A stretch of 64,000 nt of DNA from an uncultured bacterium (GCA_937861125.1 CALMAY010000038.1:254921-318920), one strand, 5' to 3'; positions 39,110-49,341 are shown, counted from the first letter of the stretch. Notes: generated by a model from the letters alone, not told the origin. Program-made: numbers and translations.

Positions 39110-39880
39110 GCTTCCATGCGGCTCCTCCACCGCTACGGTCAAATACACCAATGTCAACATCGCAAACACACTCGCCTGAATCAATCCAACCAAAAGTTCA
39201 AACAACATAAACGGTGTCGGTGCGGCCAAAGAAACCAAAGCCGTGATCACTGATAACAGTACCTCACCCGCAAAGATATTTCCAAACAAACGAAGTGAGA
39301 GAGACAACACTTTGGCAATTTCACTAATGATTTCAAGTAGCCCTACACCAAACTCAATAATTGCCTGAAATACAGCAATTGGACCGTGTGCAAAACTTTT
39401 AAAAAAATTACCGAACTGTAAAAACTTTCCAATATGGACAAACACCCCAACAGAGAGCATACCAAAGATATGTGAAGATACTACAGCCACCAATGCCATA
39501 GCCAGTGTCAGGTTCAAATCAGTATTGGCAGGACGAAGCAACATCGAGTGCCCAACACTAATACTCCCAGTCCCAGGTATCAAACCAAGCCAGTTGGAGA
39601 GTAAAATAAAGAAAAAGACCGACCCGACAATAGGTAAAAAGCGCATTGTCTTTCGTCGATCTTGCGTCACACTATCAAAATACGGCAACAACATCTCAAG
39701 TATCAACTCACATCCGTTTTGAAATCGTCCCGGACGAAGTGTGAGCTTGCGCAGTGCATACGCGACGAAAGCAAGTATCAAAATACCAATCCAAACATTG
39801 ATCAGCGTATTGGTAATAGCAACTGGACCAATGTGGCCAATCACTTCAGGAGCAAGGGTTGGGATGTGAATTTCTGCCAT
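39104..39880 (-). CDS. atpB: Fo ATP synthase a subunit
   Basis: Polytopic protein with the conserved LSLRLFGNIFAGE arginine helix. Confidence 0.92.
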   Translation of the reverse strand: MAEIHIPTLAPEVIGHIGPVAITNTLINVWIGILILAFVAYALRKLTLRPGRFQNGCELILEMLLPYFDSVTQDRRKTMRFLPIVGSVFFFILLSNWLGLIPGTGSISVGHSMLLRPANTDLNLTLAMALVAVVSSHIFGMLSVGVFVHIGKFLQFGNFFKSFAHGPIAVFQAIIEFGVGLLEIISEIAKVLSLSLRLFGNIFAGEVLLSVITALVSLAAPTPFMLFELLVGLIQASVFAMLTLVYLTVAVEEPHGSH

Positions 39881-39886
39881 ATATAC

Positions 39887-40138
39887 TTATTGTAAATCAA
39901 TATCGCTATATTCTTTGCCGTATCGTTTTGCTTTTTTCCAAACACTGTATCCAGAAATGAGCGCAGAACAGATAAACGCGACCACAGTGAGAGAGTACCC
40001 ATATCCGTATTTTTCAGACACATACTGAGCAAAAGCAACAAGCACAACCACTGGAATAGCTATCGTTGCGCCCATATCTCCCATAATACGCAAGGCTAAA
40101 AGTGTATACGCACGTTGTTTTTGAGAATCTGTCTTCAT
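39887..40138 (-). CDS. atpZ: AtpZ/AtpI-like small membrane protein
   Basis: First gene of the atp operon; two TM helices with LALRIMGDMGATIAIPVVV. I chose the ATG at 40138. Confidence 0.65.
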   Translation of the reverse strand: MKTDSQKQRAYTLLALRIMGDMGATIAIPVVVLVAFAQYVSEKYGYGYSLTVVAFICSALISGYSVWKKAKRYGKEYSDIDLQ

Positions 40139-40248
40139 ATACGTACACAAAAAGGATAACACCCAAAACCCAATCCGTCAATGCTTTTGAAGGCACTCAT
40201 CTGTGGATAATTTAGCTTATTACAGCCAAATTTATAGAAAAATGAAAT

Positions 40249-40277
40249 AGTATACACTACCTTGCGATAAAAATCAA
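40249..40277 (-). promoter_or_regulatory. sigma70-type promoter candidate for the atp operon
   Basis: The minus strand reads TTGATT - 17 nt - TATACT, about 110 nt upstream of atpZ. Confidence 0.55.
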
Positions 40278-40290
40278 GACTTTTCAAAAT

Positions 40291-42123
40291 TTAATCTATA
40301 AAAAACAAAGGAACCTTGAGATTTTTTACCTGGTCGAGGCGATAATCAAGAACTTTTCTGCCCACAAAAATCGCAGTAACAAGATCATCCTCTTTAGCCA
40401 AAGCATCAATATTGTCCTGAAGGAACCCAGTTCGACTAATATACTCAAAATCAATAGTAGCCTCACCTTTATCAGAACGTGTGTTATTAACTTGCATGAA
40501 TGCTAACTTTGCCTGCCCTTCAATAGAGGCTGCGTACTCTTGAGTATATTTATCTTCTGGACAATGAAGCACTACAATACGATAGATATTATGACGAACA
40601 GCCCACTGCGTCACATATGGAAGACGATCCAAGAATGAATACCCACGTGAACCCAAAACCACAAACGGAGTTTTACCATTTTGAATTGCGAGTTCAATAC
40701 TATCTTTAATTGGCTGTGCCACACCCAACCATTTTGCTATAAATGGGGTCAATGGTGGCTCTACAATGAGCGTAGACAAAATAACCCACATACCAATTGG
40801 TACCAACCCATCCAAGCCAGGAATACCACTACTCATCACGGTAATCAACAATACTGCCGGGATAGCACCTGTCTCACGAACAAATGAAACAAATATCAAT
40901 TCTTTTACAGTAAACCTATCTTTTCCAAACAAAGAAAACGGTGCTAACGTCAGAAATACAGAAATAGGCCGAATTACGAACATAAACAACACGGATGCCA
41001 CAATACCAATACCAGCATACGCAATCAATTCAGGTATATCTACCAATGCACCAAGCAAAATAAAAATGGTTGGTTTAAAAAATCCTTCGATAGTGTAATT
41101 AAAGAAATGCTCTGTCTGATGCATGTGGCGAGAAAGCACAAACAATAGACCGGCAATAAACGATGCCAAATACCCACTTCCATGAAACGCTGCCGCAAGA
41201 GTAAAGATACACAACGGGACAAAGAGAAAATATGCAGCGTGTGCCTCAGCCTCTTGTCCATGATTTGAGATGGCTCGGGTCAATACTGTCAGTAACCCAA
41301 ATCCAAGTACACCAAAAATCACACCATACAAAATTTCCTCAAACAGGATATGCCCAACTTCAGCAGAAAACAACGACTGATACGCATCAGTAATTGAGAT
41401 AAATGAACCCCCCGCAACCAAAATTCCCAAAAACGCAACTGTCAACAATGTACCCGTTACATCCGTGACAGCACTTTCTGAAATAACTAAATCTTTGGTC
41501 TGACGATTATTAAACCGAAGTGAACGAAGTACAGGAATAATCGCGGCAGGATCAGTAGATGCCAAAATAGCTCCAAGCAATGCTGCAACCACCACAGGAA
41601 CATGGGTACCAAAAAGATTGCCCAAAAAATAGACACTACATGAAAGCAATACTGCAGTAAGAAATAAACCGAAAAAAGAAAGACTCAAAATTTTCCAGAT
41701 CAATTTTTTGAAGTTGTCAAATGGTGTCTCAAGTCCACCGCCAAACAGTATCAGTGTTGCTCCTGCCCCTACGATAATACCCAAAATATGGTCATGAGCT
41801 GTAATACTCCCAAGCATCGGTTGCGCTGCAATACCAAAGAAAATTGCCACGACGAAGGAAGGAAAATGAACACGAACAGCACAATAGTGAATCACGAAAC
41901 TAAGCAAGAAAAGCACTGAAACTGCGAAAAAAGTAATAAGCATGCCTGCATCAGCACTATGATGAAACAAATCAAACAAAACTGGTGACATGCGAGAAAG
42001 TACGATAGTGAGACAAAGTGCACCAATAAGCACACCATAATTTGACAGTATTTTTTTCATACAAAAGATATAATATAACTGCAACAGTATACACACATAC
42101 ACCAAAATCGTCAATGGTTTCAA
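40291..42123 (-). CDS. cation:proton antiporter (CPA1/NhaP-like) with soluble C-terminal domain
   Basis: About 11-12 TM helices with the ASTDPAAIIPVL motif typical of Na+/H+ exchangers, plus a ~170-aa cytoplasmic tail. Confidence 0.75.
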   Translation of the reverse strand: MKPLTILVYVCILLQLYYIFCMKKILSNYGVLIGALCLTIVLSRMSPVLFDLFHHSADAGMLITFFAVSVLFLLSFVIHYCAVRVHFPSFVVAIFFGIAAQPMLGSITAHDHILGIIVGAGATLILFGGGLETPFDNFKKLIWKILSLSFFGLFLTAVLLSCSVYFLGNLFGTHVPVVVAALLGAILASTDPAAIIPVLRSLRFNNRQTKDLVISESAVTDVTGTLLTVAFLGILVAGGSFISITDAYQSLFSAEVGHILFEEILYGVIFGVLGFGLLTVLTRAISNHGQEAEAHAAYFLFVPLCIFTLAAAFHGSGYLASFIAGLLFVLSRHMHQTEHFFNYTIEGFFKPTIFILLGALVDIPELIAYAGIGIVASVLFMFVIRPISVFLTLAPFSLFGKDRFTVKELIFVSFVRETGAIPAVLLITVMSSGIPGLDGLVPIGMWVILSTLIVEPPLTPFIAKWLGVAQPIKDSIELAIQNGKTPFVVLGSRGYSFLDRLPYVTQWAVRHNIYRIVVLHCPEDKYTQEYAASIEGQAKLAFMQVNNTRSDKGEATIDFEYISRTGFLQDNIDALAKEDDLVTAIFVGRKVLDYRLDQVKNLKVPLFFID

Positions 42124-42165
42124 AATTTTTCTTTTTAAGAACTATACCCATCCATATCTTGTCAA

Positions 42166-42199
42166 ATAAAAAATGCACGCCTGATATAAACCGTGCATT
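42166..42199 (-). terminator. intrinsic terminator after tatD
   Basis: The minus strand reads AATGCACG-12 nt-CGTGCATT followed by TTTTATTT. Confidence 0.65.
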
Positions 42200-42224
42200 T
42201 CTTACACAATACAACTTCTATACA

Positions 42225-43076
42225 TTATGACATGTGGATACGACCAAACAAAGTCTTTGCATTTCGTACCGTCGTCTCTCGCATCTCTGTACCCGACACA
42301 CCTCGTCTAGCGGCAAACAACGTCACCACCTCTTCCACCATCCATGGCTCGCTGCGCTGCCCTCGATACGCCTGTGGTGCGAGATATGGTGCATCGGTCT
42401 CTACGAGTATCCGATCTAGTGGAATCTTATCTACCACTTCGAGCAATTGCTCTTGGGCTGTTGGATTTGTCTTTTTGACAGGAAATGTAACAACGCCAGT
42501 AAATCCGAGATAAAAACCCATATCAAGATATGCTTGCGCCTGCTCCCAGTTGCCAGTAAAACAATGAATGACTGCTTTTATATTAATCTTCTGATCTTTT
42601 AATCTTTTAATAAGTTCTTCATGTGCATCTCTGACATGAATCACAAGTGGTAGATCATGTCGCTGGGCTAACTCTACATGCTTGAGAAACAACCCCCACT
42701 GTTTTTCCATTACTGCACTGAGCTCCTGATCCTTTGGTACATGAAACGCATCCAGTCCCGTCTCCCCTATTGCAACCACTTTGTTTGAAGAACGAACGAG
42801 TGTGTCATAAAACTCCATATCAAAATCCTCACCTCGTGCCACAAACATCGTTGTTTCTTCCTCCACAGTAATTTTTTCTGTTTGAATCGGATGCAACCCA
42901 ATTGTGGCATAGACGTCATCACGACTCTCTGCCAGCTCAACCGCTTTTTGACTCGTACTCTGCTGTGTACCAATGACATTCATGACCACACCCTTCTCTT
43001 TACAACGCCCAAGAACGACCTCTCGGTCGTCCTGATACGCTTTAAATTGAACATGACAGTGGGTATCTATCAGCAT
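42225..43076 (-). CDS. tatD: TatD-family metal-dependent hydrolase/DNase
   Basis: MLIDTHCHVQF, GETGLD, HCFTG and ETDAPYL motifs. Confidence 0.9.
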   Translation of the reverse strand: MLIDTHCHVQFKAYQDDREVVLGRCKEKGVVMNVIGTQQSTSQKAVELAESRDDVYATIGLHPIQTEKITVEEETTMFVARGEDFDMEFYDTLVRSSNKVVAIGETGLDAFHVPKDQELSAVMEKQWGLFLKHVELAQRHDLPLVIHVRDAHEELIKRLKDQKINIKAVIHCFTGNWEQAQAYLDMGFYLGFTGVVTFPVKKTNPTAQEQLLEVVDKIPLDRILVETDAPYLAPQAYRGQRSEPWMVEEVVTLFAARRGVSGTEMRETTVRNAKTLFGRIHMS

Positions 43077-43080
43077 ATAT

Positions 43081-43407
43081 TTACTGAAGAAAACATCTAT
43101 CTTGGTACTCTAGTAGTACTTTTTTCATCTCTAGCAACAAACCATCAGGTATCGATTCTACTATTTCCTCAGGATTAACATCGTCATCCATAAATGCAAA
43201 TGCAACAACACAGGCACGATCCAGACCTTCATTTTGTATCGCTTCTATAATAGCATTTTCCACAGTATCACCATCAAATATACCACCAAAAAGATCATCG
43301 GCATTATCAAAAAGAAGATTGCGAATACGTTCGATATGCTGGCGACAAAGTTCCCTTCTCTCCCTTTCAATAAACTTACTTGAATCAAATTCACCTTCCA
43401 TACTCAA
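43081..43407 (-). CDS. hypothetical acidic protein
   Basis: ORF tightly packed between neighbours (4-nt gap downstream, abutting upstream); no family recognised. Confidence 0.4.
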   Translation of the reverse strand: MSMEGEFDSSKFIERERRELCRQHIERIRNLLFDNADDLFGGIFDGDTVENAIIEAIQNEGLDRACVVAFAFMDDDVNPEEIVESIPDGLLLEMKKVLLEYQDRCFLQ

Positions 43408-45477
43408 TTATTTAAATAACATTCCACCCCACTCTACCACACTAAATCCTTTTCGAACAAACGGACGAATTGGTAGTGGATCTACGGTACGAGCTTCATC
43501 AAGTGGTTGGAAGTACATAAAGACACGAAGTACGCTATCTGGCTTTGGTGTAATCTTTAGCGGTGCAACCGCTTCAAACGCACGCTGATCTGCAAATGTG
43601 ACAAAGACATATGGTTTCTCAACCATCTTTGGGAGCCAAAACTCGAGGAAATCAGCAATCTCTGTCTCATTCATACCAAACTGAGCAAGAACTTTTTTCA
43701 TTCCATTCTCCACATCATCTTGTGCAAAAACAAATCCTTGTTTTGGGTATTCAAATCCAGACGCATATCCTTCCCAAAACAAATATGGATATGACTGCCC
43801 GTCATCGTATGATGTCAATGCACCATTTGGTTCAGCTTTCACATTCCACCCACCCATTGGATATTCTGGAATCGTCTCAGTAAATCCACCGTTTGGTGCC
43901 ACCTGTACATTTACATCTGTTGTTTCTTCTGGATAGAGATAGATAACTGGTTTGCCACATTCAGCCATTGATTGATACTTTGATTTTTGATATACACGCC
44001 AGTTTCCCATAGAATCTTTCCAAAAAAATACTGGGTTGTCTGCAAGAAATTGAGCGTATTTTTCTGTTTCTGTTTGTGTAACCAAACGACTTCCTCCTTC
44101 AGATTCAGGCAAAGTCGGATCAATACCATTCTCCGAAAAATACATCGATCTTGACCCCTCAAAACCATATGCAAACAACTGCTTATAATACGAATGTTCT
44201 TGTGGGTTTACTACTGTAAACACTGGTTCACCTTTTTGTTTGGTCATTCCAACTTGTTTCAAATCAGACACCTTAAACCAGGACTCATTCGTCACAATAT
44301 TTGTAAAAGGCACCACTCCTTGCTGACATCCACCGATCGCTACAGTGCCTCCAAGCACAAATGTATCACTTACATTATCACGTCCATCTGTCCAATTAAT
44401 TTCTGGAATATACCGTGCTGCATACATATTCTTTTCTTCTTGATTATCTGGCCACTGAAGAAAATATGGAATATATTCATATAACCTACGGCCTCCTGGT
44501 GTATTCAATACAAATGCATTTCTATCCATGTAAAAGATGCCCCACTCTTTAGACTCAAAACGTGTCGCTGTACGTAACGGAGGATTCATCTTACCAGTAG
44601 ATACATCATAAATACCGAATATATTTTCATACGGTGTACGTGATTCCCAACCACTAAAAGAACCAATAGTACGTTCCATATACTCATACCTTGATGAGAG
44701 CATCGTCCCAGAACCATCCTCAAGTGCTATCTCCTGGGGAGTAACATTTGTCTGAGGCAGATTAAGTATTTCTGCAGGAATTGCACCAAGTAGGATTCGA
44801 GACAGTAGCTTATTCTCAGTGTCCCAAATAGACTGTGTATATTCAGAATTATTTTGCACAGCTGTCAAAGCGCTTGGCTCTATTACAATAAACTTTTTTG
44901 AACTGGTACTATCAAACAGTACATAGTATGGAAGTGATGTAATACCCATACCCTCTTGAGGTAAAAACAACAAATACATCGAACGTCCTTCCCAACCAAG
45001 TCCAGAGATAATCGTACCAACTTCATACAAATACGGATAACAGTACCAATCACTCCGTGTATCATCAGGGGACAAATACTGACACGCACCGCCCTGAAAC
45101 TCTTTACGTAATTGTTCTACATCTTCAAATGCAGAAAACATTTCAGGAACAATATCTTTATCAGCCAAAGAAATAAATCTCGGTGTCTCCAACCAGTCAA
45201 CCTCAAACGCTACAGGAGCAATATTAGTATATATTTTCCATAGTGAATTTGGTTCCAACAAAAACTCACCACGCGTATCGGTTCCTGAAACCAGTGTATT
45301 ACCTTGATTTTCTACTGGTAAAGTGGGCTCTTGTATAACCACATCTGTACGTTCGACAGTCGGTGCCACATTACGAAACACCACTAACTGCAGAATCACC
45401 CCGACACACAGTAACACAAAAATAACCCCACTAAACACCCAAAACTCTTTTGACATGGATGGCGTTTGCATACACAT
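43408..45477 (-). CDS. hypothetical large exported/anchored protein
   Basis: N-terminal TM/signal anchor (FWVFSGVIFVLLCVGVILQLVVF), 689 aa, Trp/Tyr-rich; no family recognised. Confidence 0.5.
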   Translation of the reverse strand: MCMQTPSMSKEFWVFSGVIFVLLCVGVILQLVVFRNVAPTVERTDVVIQEPTLPVENQGNTLVSGTDTRGEFLLEPNSLWKIYTNIAPVAFEVDWLETPRFISLADKDIVPEMFSAFEDVEQLRKEFQGGACQYLSPDDTRSDWYCYPYLYEVGTIISGLGWEGRSMYLLFLPQEGMGITSLPYYVLFDSTSSKKFIVIEPSALTAVQNNSEYTQSIWDTENKLLSRILLGAIPAEILNLPQTNVTPQEIALEDGSGTMLSSRYEYMERTIGSFSGWESRTPYENIFGIYDVSTGKMNPPLRTATRFESKEWGIFYMDRNAFVLNTPGGRRLYEYIPYFLQWPDNQEEKNMYAARYIPEINWTDGRDNVSDTFVLGGTVAIGGCQQGVVPFTNIVTNESWFKVSDLKQVGMTKQKGEPVFTVVNPQEHSYYKQLFAYGFEGSRSMYFSENGIDPTLPESEGGSRLVTQTETEKYAQFLADNPVFFWKDSMGNWRVYQKSKYQSMAECGKPVIYLYPEETTDVNVQVAPNGGFTETIPEYPMGGWNVKAEPNGALTSYDDGQSYPYLFWEGYASGFEYPKQGFVFAQDDVENGMKKVLAQFGMNETEIADFLEFWLPKMVEKPYVFVTFADQRAFEAVAPLKITPKPDSVLRVFMYFQPLDEARTVDPLPIRPFVRKGFSVVEWGGMLFK

Positions 45478-47282
45478 TAAAACGTAAATGAAAGATAATT
45501 TTCTTTAGTATACTTTGAAAGAAGTGCTTCGTCAAAATATGTCCGAATAAAGGTATATCGCTCTGACGGACTCTTGAGCCTCACCGCACTTTTTTCTCCT
45601 TGCAGAGGAAAGAGATACGCATGAACATGTTTTTTATCTTCTTTGATAAACGTGAGCCCAACTGCATATCCCTCTTGTGTCGGCACAGAAAAATACTGAT
45701 CAAAAATAAAATTACCCATTGAGTAAAAAATTGGACGGTCATTGTATACCTCAATTTCCTGCGTCACATGTGGATGATGACCCAAAATAACATCGGCACC
45801 TGCGTCAATAAATTGATGCGCGAGTGTCTGCTGTCGTGGATGTGACTTGGTCTCATATTCCACACCCCAGTGAATATTGGCGATCACGAAATCAGCTTCT
45901 TGTTCCCCTTTTTTTACTAGTTCAATCGCACTCGCAATATCTGTATTTGGATGTGTGTCATTGACCCCAACATAGGCGAGTTTCACACCACCTACCTCTT
46001 TGAGTAAGTACGAATCATCAGCCACTTTGTACTGATGTCCATAAAAATCAATCCCTGTAGTACGCAAGTGATTTCGCGTTTCACTATCCCCTGCATATGC
46101 CATATCCACAGAATGATTGTTTGCCAACGTAAAGAGATTAAATCCATATGTTTGTAACTGAGGAATAAGCACGGGATCAAATCGAAATGCAATCGATTTC
46201 TCAGTTGGTCGACGCACATCCGCAAATGGACCCTCCAAATTTGCAGCAGTAATATCAACACCAGAAAAAAATCTTCCTTCATTTCCTGCGAGCGGATCGA
46301 GAAGATATGGAATTCCTTTTTCCCCCATCGCTTTGGCGACATTGCGATCCAGCATCATATCTCCAAAGTTTAATGTTGAGGCAAACGCAACTGATTGTCT
46401 CTCTCCTACAACAAAAAACGGAATGAAATAACTCGTGGTCTCAAGTACGTCACGTGTCCCGATAATACGCTCGGAGTTGTCAGAAAATGATGCTGCTATT
46501 TTTTGTGCCCCACGAAATTCTAGATACCGCAACAGTGTCTCCAAACTTGGAACAGAATCAATTTCTAATTTCTTTAATCGATCATAGTCAAATGACTGAA
46601 TCACCGCATGAGATAATTCATCATGAAAATCAGCCACCTCGACACGTTGATAATGTGAAAAATCAATAGAAGCAACAACAACAGCATCTTTTGGTAACAT
46701 ATCAACAAGCACACGAGCAAGCTCTTGATTTTCTTCACTCGTCATATCACCTCGAAGTGCAAACGTGATTACTTGTGTTTTAGGTAATGTACGAGCAATG
46801 AACGGAATAATTCCATATATACTGTGTTCTTCTTTTATTACCTCCTCATCAACTGTTACAGCAGCATACTGTCTTACCCTCTCAAGTAATTCAATGTTTG
46901 TCTGTACCTCATCAAATGGCGTTTTCCAATCTCGCATTGTTGTTGAAATTTTTCCACGTCCACGTCCAAAATGATCTGGCCCAATAATAACAACTGTAGA
47001 CGGTTTTTGTCTTTTGATTGTTTCAAAAAATGTTGCAATATATTTTCCTGCAAGTAAATGATGCGGGACAATACCACCAACCACATCTGTTTGTAACAAT
47101 GGGATCTGTGGCTTTGCATCATACAGTGCATCAAAAAATGCCTTATCCCACGGTGCACTAACCTGATATAGACGTTGAATCGTCTCTTTTTGCGGCTGAT
47201 TTATGTCGTGTTTCACGACGCTACAGCCACTCAATAAAAAAAGACACCCCACGCACAATACCAGTGTCTTTTTTATATACAT
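45477..47282 (-). CDS. lipoprotein fusion: MEMO1/AmmeMemoRadiSam-B-like domain + CapA/PGA-type metallophosphatase domain
   Basis: Lipobox LLSGCS. The N-half has GGIVPHHLLAG...IGPDHF...DFSHY (Memo-like). The C-half has NFGDMMLDR, ANNHSVD, HWGVEYE and LGHHPHV (CapA family). Confidence 0.7.
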   Translation of the reverse strand: MYIKKTLVLCVGCLFLLSGCSVVKHDINQPQKETIQRLYQVSAPWDKAFFDALYDAKPQIPLLQTDVVGGIVPHHLLAGKYIATFFETIKRQKPSTVVIIGPDHFGRGRGKISTTMRDWKTPFDEVQTNIELLERVRQYAAVTVDEEVIKEEHSIYGIIPFIARTLPKTQVITFALRGDMTSEENQELARVLVDMLPKDAVVVASIDFSHYQRVEVADFHDELSHAVIQSFDYDRLKKLEIDSVPSLETLLRYLEFRGAQKIAASFSDNSERIIGTRDVLETTSYFIPFFVVGERQSVAFASTLNFGDMMLDRNVAKAMGEKGIPYLLDPLAGNEGRFFSGVDITAANLEGPFADVRRPTEKSIAFRFDPVLIPQLQTYGFNLFTLANNHSVDMAYAGDSETRNHLRTTGIDFYGHQYKVADDSYLLKEVGGVKLAYVGVNDTHPNTDIASAIELVKKGEQEADFVIANIHWGVEYETKSHPRQQTLAHQFIDAGADVILGHHPHVTQEIEVYNDRPIFYSMGNFIFDQYFSVPTQEGYAVGLTFIKEDKKHVHAYLFPLQGEKSAVRLKSPSERYTFIRTYFDEALLSKYTKENYLSFTF

Positions 47283-47285
47283 ATA

Positions 47286-47846
47286 TTAAAACGCAGTAGT
47301 AGAAGCAATATCCGTCACACGACCTTCTACAAAATCAACTGTTTCTTCGACCAATCGTAATGCATCTGGTAATAACGGTAACAAAATACTTGCCATAGCA
47401 ATTAATGACGGCGCAATTGTCGAATCAGCAAGACGATCCATAAATGGAGCTGACAAAGGAAAACGTTCAATAAAATACAAGATAAGCCCAAGTGTAATCG
47501 CACCTTCAAACGCACCAAGCACACCACCAAGCATCCGATTAATTCCATTGATAAATGGAAGGCTTGTAATAATACTTGTGCTTTTATCAATCACCCAGAA
47601 AATAAACCCAACCAATCGATTGATAATAATAAATGAGATAATAAACATCACGACACGCGCAATATTATCCTCCCACCCCGTAAGTGCAACAAGCCAATTG
47701 GCAAGTGGCTCATAGTATCGACTAGCAAGATATGCACCAAGAAGTGTACCAAGCAATGACCCAAGCGTATGTACTAATCCAAACCACAGCCCAAACATGC
47801 CAAATCCAACGATAATAAGAAGAAAAATAAAATCGATAATATGCAT
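47286..47846 (-). CDS. cvpA: CvpA-family membrane protein
   Basis: N-terminal IIDFIFLLIIVGFGMFGLWFGLV pattern and 4 TM helices. Confidence 0.7.
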   Translation of the reverse strand: MHIIDFIFLLIIVGFGMFGLWFGLVHTLGSLLGTLLGAYLASRYYEPLANWLVALTGWEDNIARVVMFIISFIIINRLVGFIFWVIDKSTSIITSLPFINGINRMLGGVLGAFEGAITLGLILYFIERFPLSAPFMDRLADSTIAPSLIAMASILLPLLPDALRLVEETVDFVEGRVTDIASTTAF

Positions 47847-47856
47847 ACAATAAAAA

Positions 47857-49071
47857 TTATTGTGAAAGATAATTAAGTGGATTCACAGGAACACCATCAT
47901 CACGCACCTCAAAATGAAGATGTGGACCTGTCACAAACGGACCTGCGCCATTGGTTCCTGGGGTACCACCTGAAAGCCCGATCACATCTCCTCGTGCCAC
48001 AAACGCATCCTCTTTGACATACAAAGCACTCATGTGCCCATACACTGTTGACAAACCACCAGCATGAACAATCATGATAAAACTATAACATGATGGGATA
48101 CTACAATACTTCGCACGAGCTACATACCCACTCGCAGCAGCCTTTACCGACGTACCTTGTCCAGCACGAATATCAATCGCATTATGTTCAAACACATGTC
48201 GATATGGATAACTCGGATCATGAAAATATGCAGTAATATACTTGCTTGGTACAGGCCAAAGCATAGATGAGCTATCATCTAACTCCTCATCTAATTTATT
48301 TTCTGCCTCTAGTTTTTTGCGTACCTCTTCTTCTATGCCAGCAATCTCACCTTCAATCTGCTGATATTGACTTCGTAGCGTATTGAGTAATGTTTGAAAT
48401 GTCAACTCTGATGACTTTGTCTTGGCCAGCAATCCACTTTTCAACTCAGCTTGTTCTTCCAATGATTGTCGCTTTGCATCAAGTGCTTCTTTGGTTTTTT
48501 GTACCGCTACTGTAATTTCCTCAGTTTGATTTTTTTTTGATTCCAAATCCTCTTTTGCGATACGAACATTCTTGGCAGTCTTGCCAATATCTCGCTCAAC
48601 TGTTTTTACCGCCTGTGTCTGAGTATAAAAATCAGAAAAATTATCGTATGCAATGAATATCTCTAGACTATTTTTTTGATCACTTTGATGAATTGTACGA
48701 AGTAACTCAGCAAGTATTTTCTTTTGTCTTTCAATTGTTGTTTTTTTATCTTCAATCTGTAACCCAAGCGACTGCAGCTCCAAAGCTAATGTATCAAGTT
48801 TGGTCTGCGTCGCATCGATATCGAGCTCCACCTGCTTACGTCGATTGTCTAGGATGGCAATCTGATTGGACAAAGACATCGCCTCTGTTTGTTTCACTGC
48901 AATTTCTTTTTTGTACCCCTCAATACTCTCTTCTATTTGACGCACTTTTTCTTTCTTCTCAGCAATCCGTTGGTTTAACTCTTCAATTTCAGTTAACGCA
49001 AAAACAGAGCTGATTGATACACACAGACTGATACAGACAAAAATACTACTGATCCAAAAAGTACATTTCAT
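47857..49071 (-). CDS. M23-family metallopeptidase with long coiled-coil (EnvC-like)
   Basis: Signal anchor, ~250 aa of heptad-rich coiled coil, and a C-terminal LytM domain (IDIRAGQGT...HMS...GPHLHFEV). I chose the ATG at 49071; the track ORF starts at the TTG at 49200. Confidence 0.85.
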   Translation of the reverse strand: MKCTFWISSIFVCISLCVSISSVFALTEIEELNQRIAEKKEKVRQIEESIEGYKKEIAVKQTEAMSLSNQIAILDNRRKQVELDIDATQTKLDTLALELQSLGLQIEDKKTTIERQKKILAELLRTIHQSDQKNSLEIFIAYDNFSDFYTQTQAVKTVERDIGKTAKNVRIAKEDLESKKNQTEEITVAVQKTKEALDAKRQSLEEQAELKSGLLAKTKSSELTFQTLLNTLRSQYQQIEGEIAGIEEEVRKKLEAENKLDEELDDSSSMLWPVPSKYITAYFHDPSYPYRHVFEHNAIDIRAGQGTSVKAAASGYVARAKYCSIPSCYSFIMIVHAGGLSTVYGHMSALYVKEDAFVARGDVIGLSGGTPGTNGAGPFVTGPHLHFEVRDDGVPVNPLNYLSQ

Positions 49072-49233
49072 ACCAACAGTATACCATACACGCGGATTGA
49101 AATATACATTATCCACAAGAAAGCCTTGACATCTCTCTCTCTTTGTTAACGTGTATGTGCGCACTGGACCACCCTTTGGTGGCAGTAGCGCGTTCAACAA
49201 CCACCTTCAGGAGGCAGAAATGAAAATGTTCTG

Positions 49234-49301
49234 GTCGGTTCACGGCTACGTGCCGTGAACCGACGATCCGGCCCGGCCGCAGCTTGCTCTGCGGCCGGGT
49301 C
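49234..49301. other. two adjacent GC-rich perfect hairpins (13 bp and 11-13 bp)
   Basis: GTCGGTTCACGGC-5 nt-GCCGTGAACCGAC (49234-49264) and CCCGGCCGCAG-6 nt-CTGCGGCCGGG (49272-49299), the latter followed on the plus strand by ..CGTTTTT. Confidence 0.8.
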
Positions 49302-49341
49302 CTTCGTTTTTACACCAAAACAGTGTACATCACATGGTGCA

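Noticed and set aside
49072-49200. Extended N-terminus of the M23 peptidase ORF (track start 49200), and similar long N-terminal extensions of greA, atpE, mreB, mreC, sufS and the dciA-like and nifS-like genes
   Set aside because: The extensions begin at TTG/GTG codons, run through repeats or hairpins, and precede an ATG that gives a canonical N-terminus (signal anchor or conserved first motif). I treated them as upstream read-through, not coding sequence.
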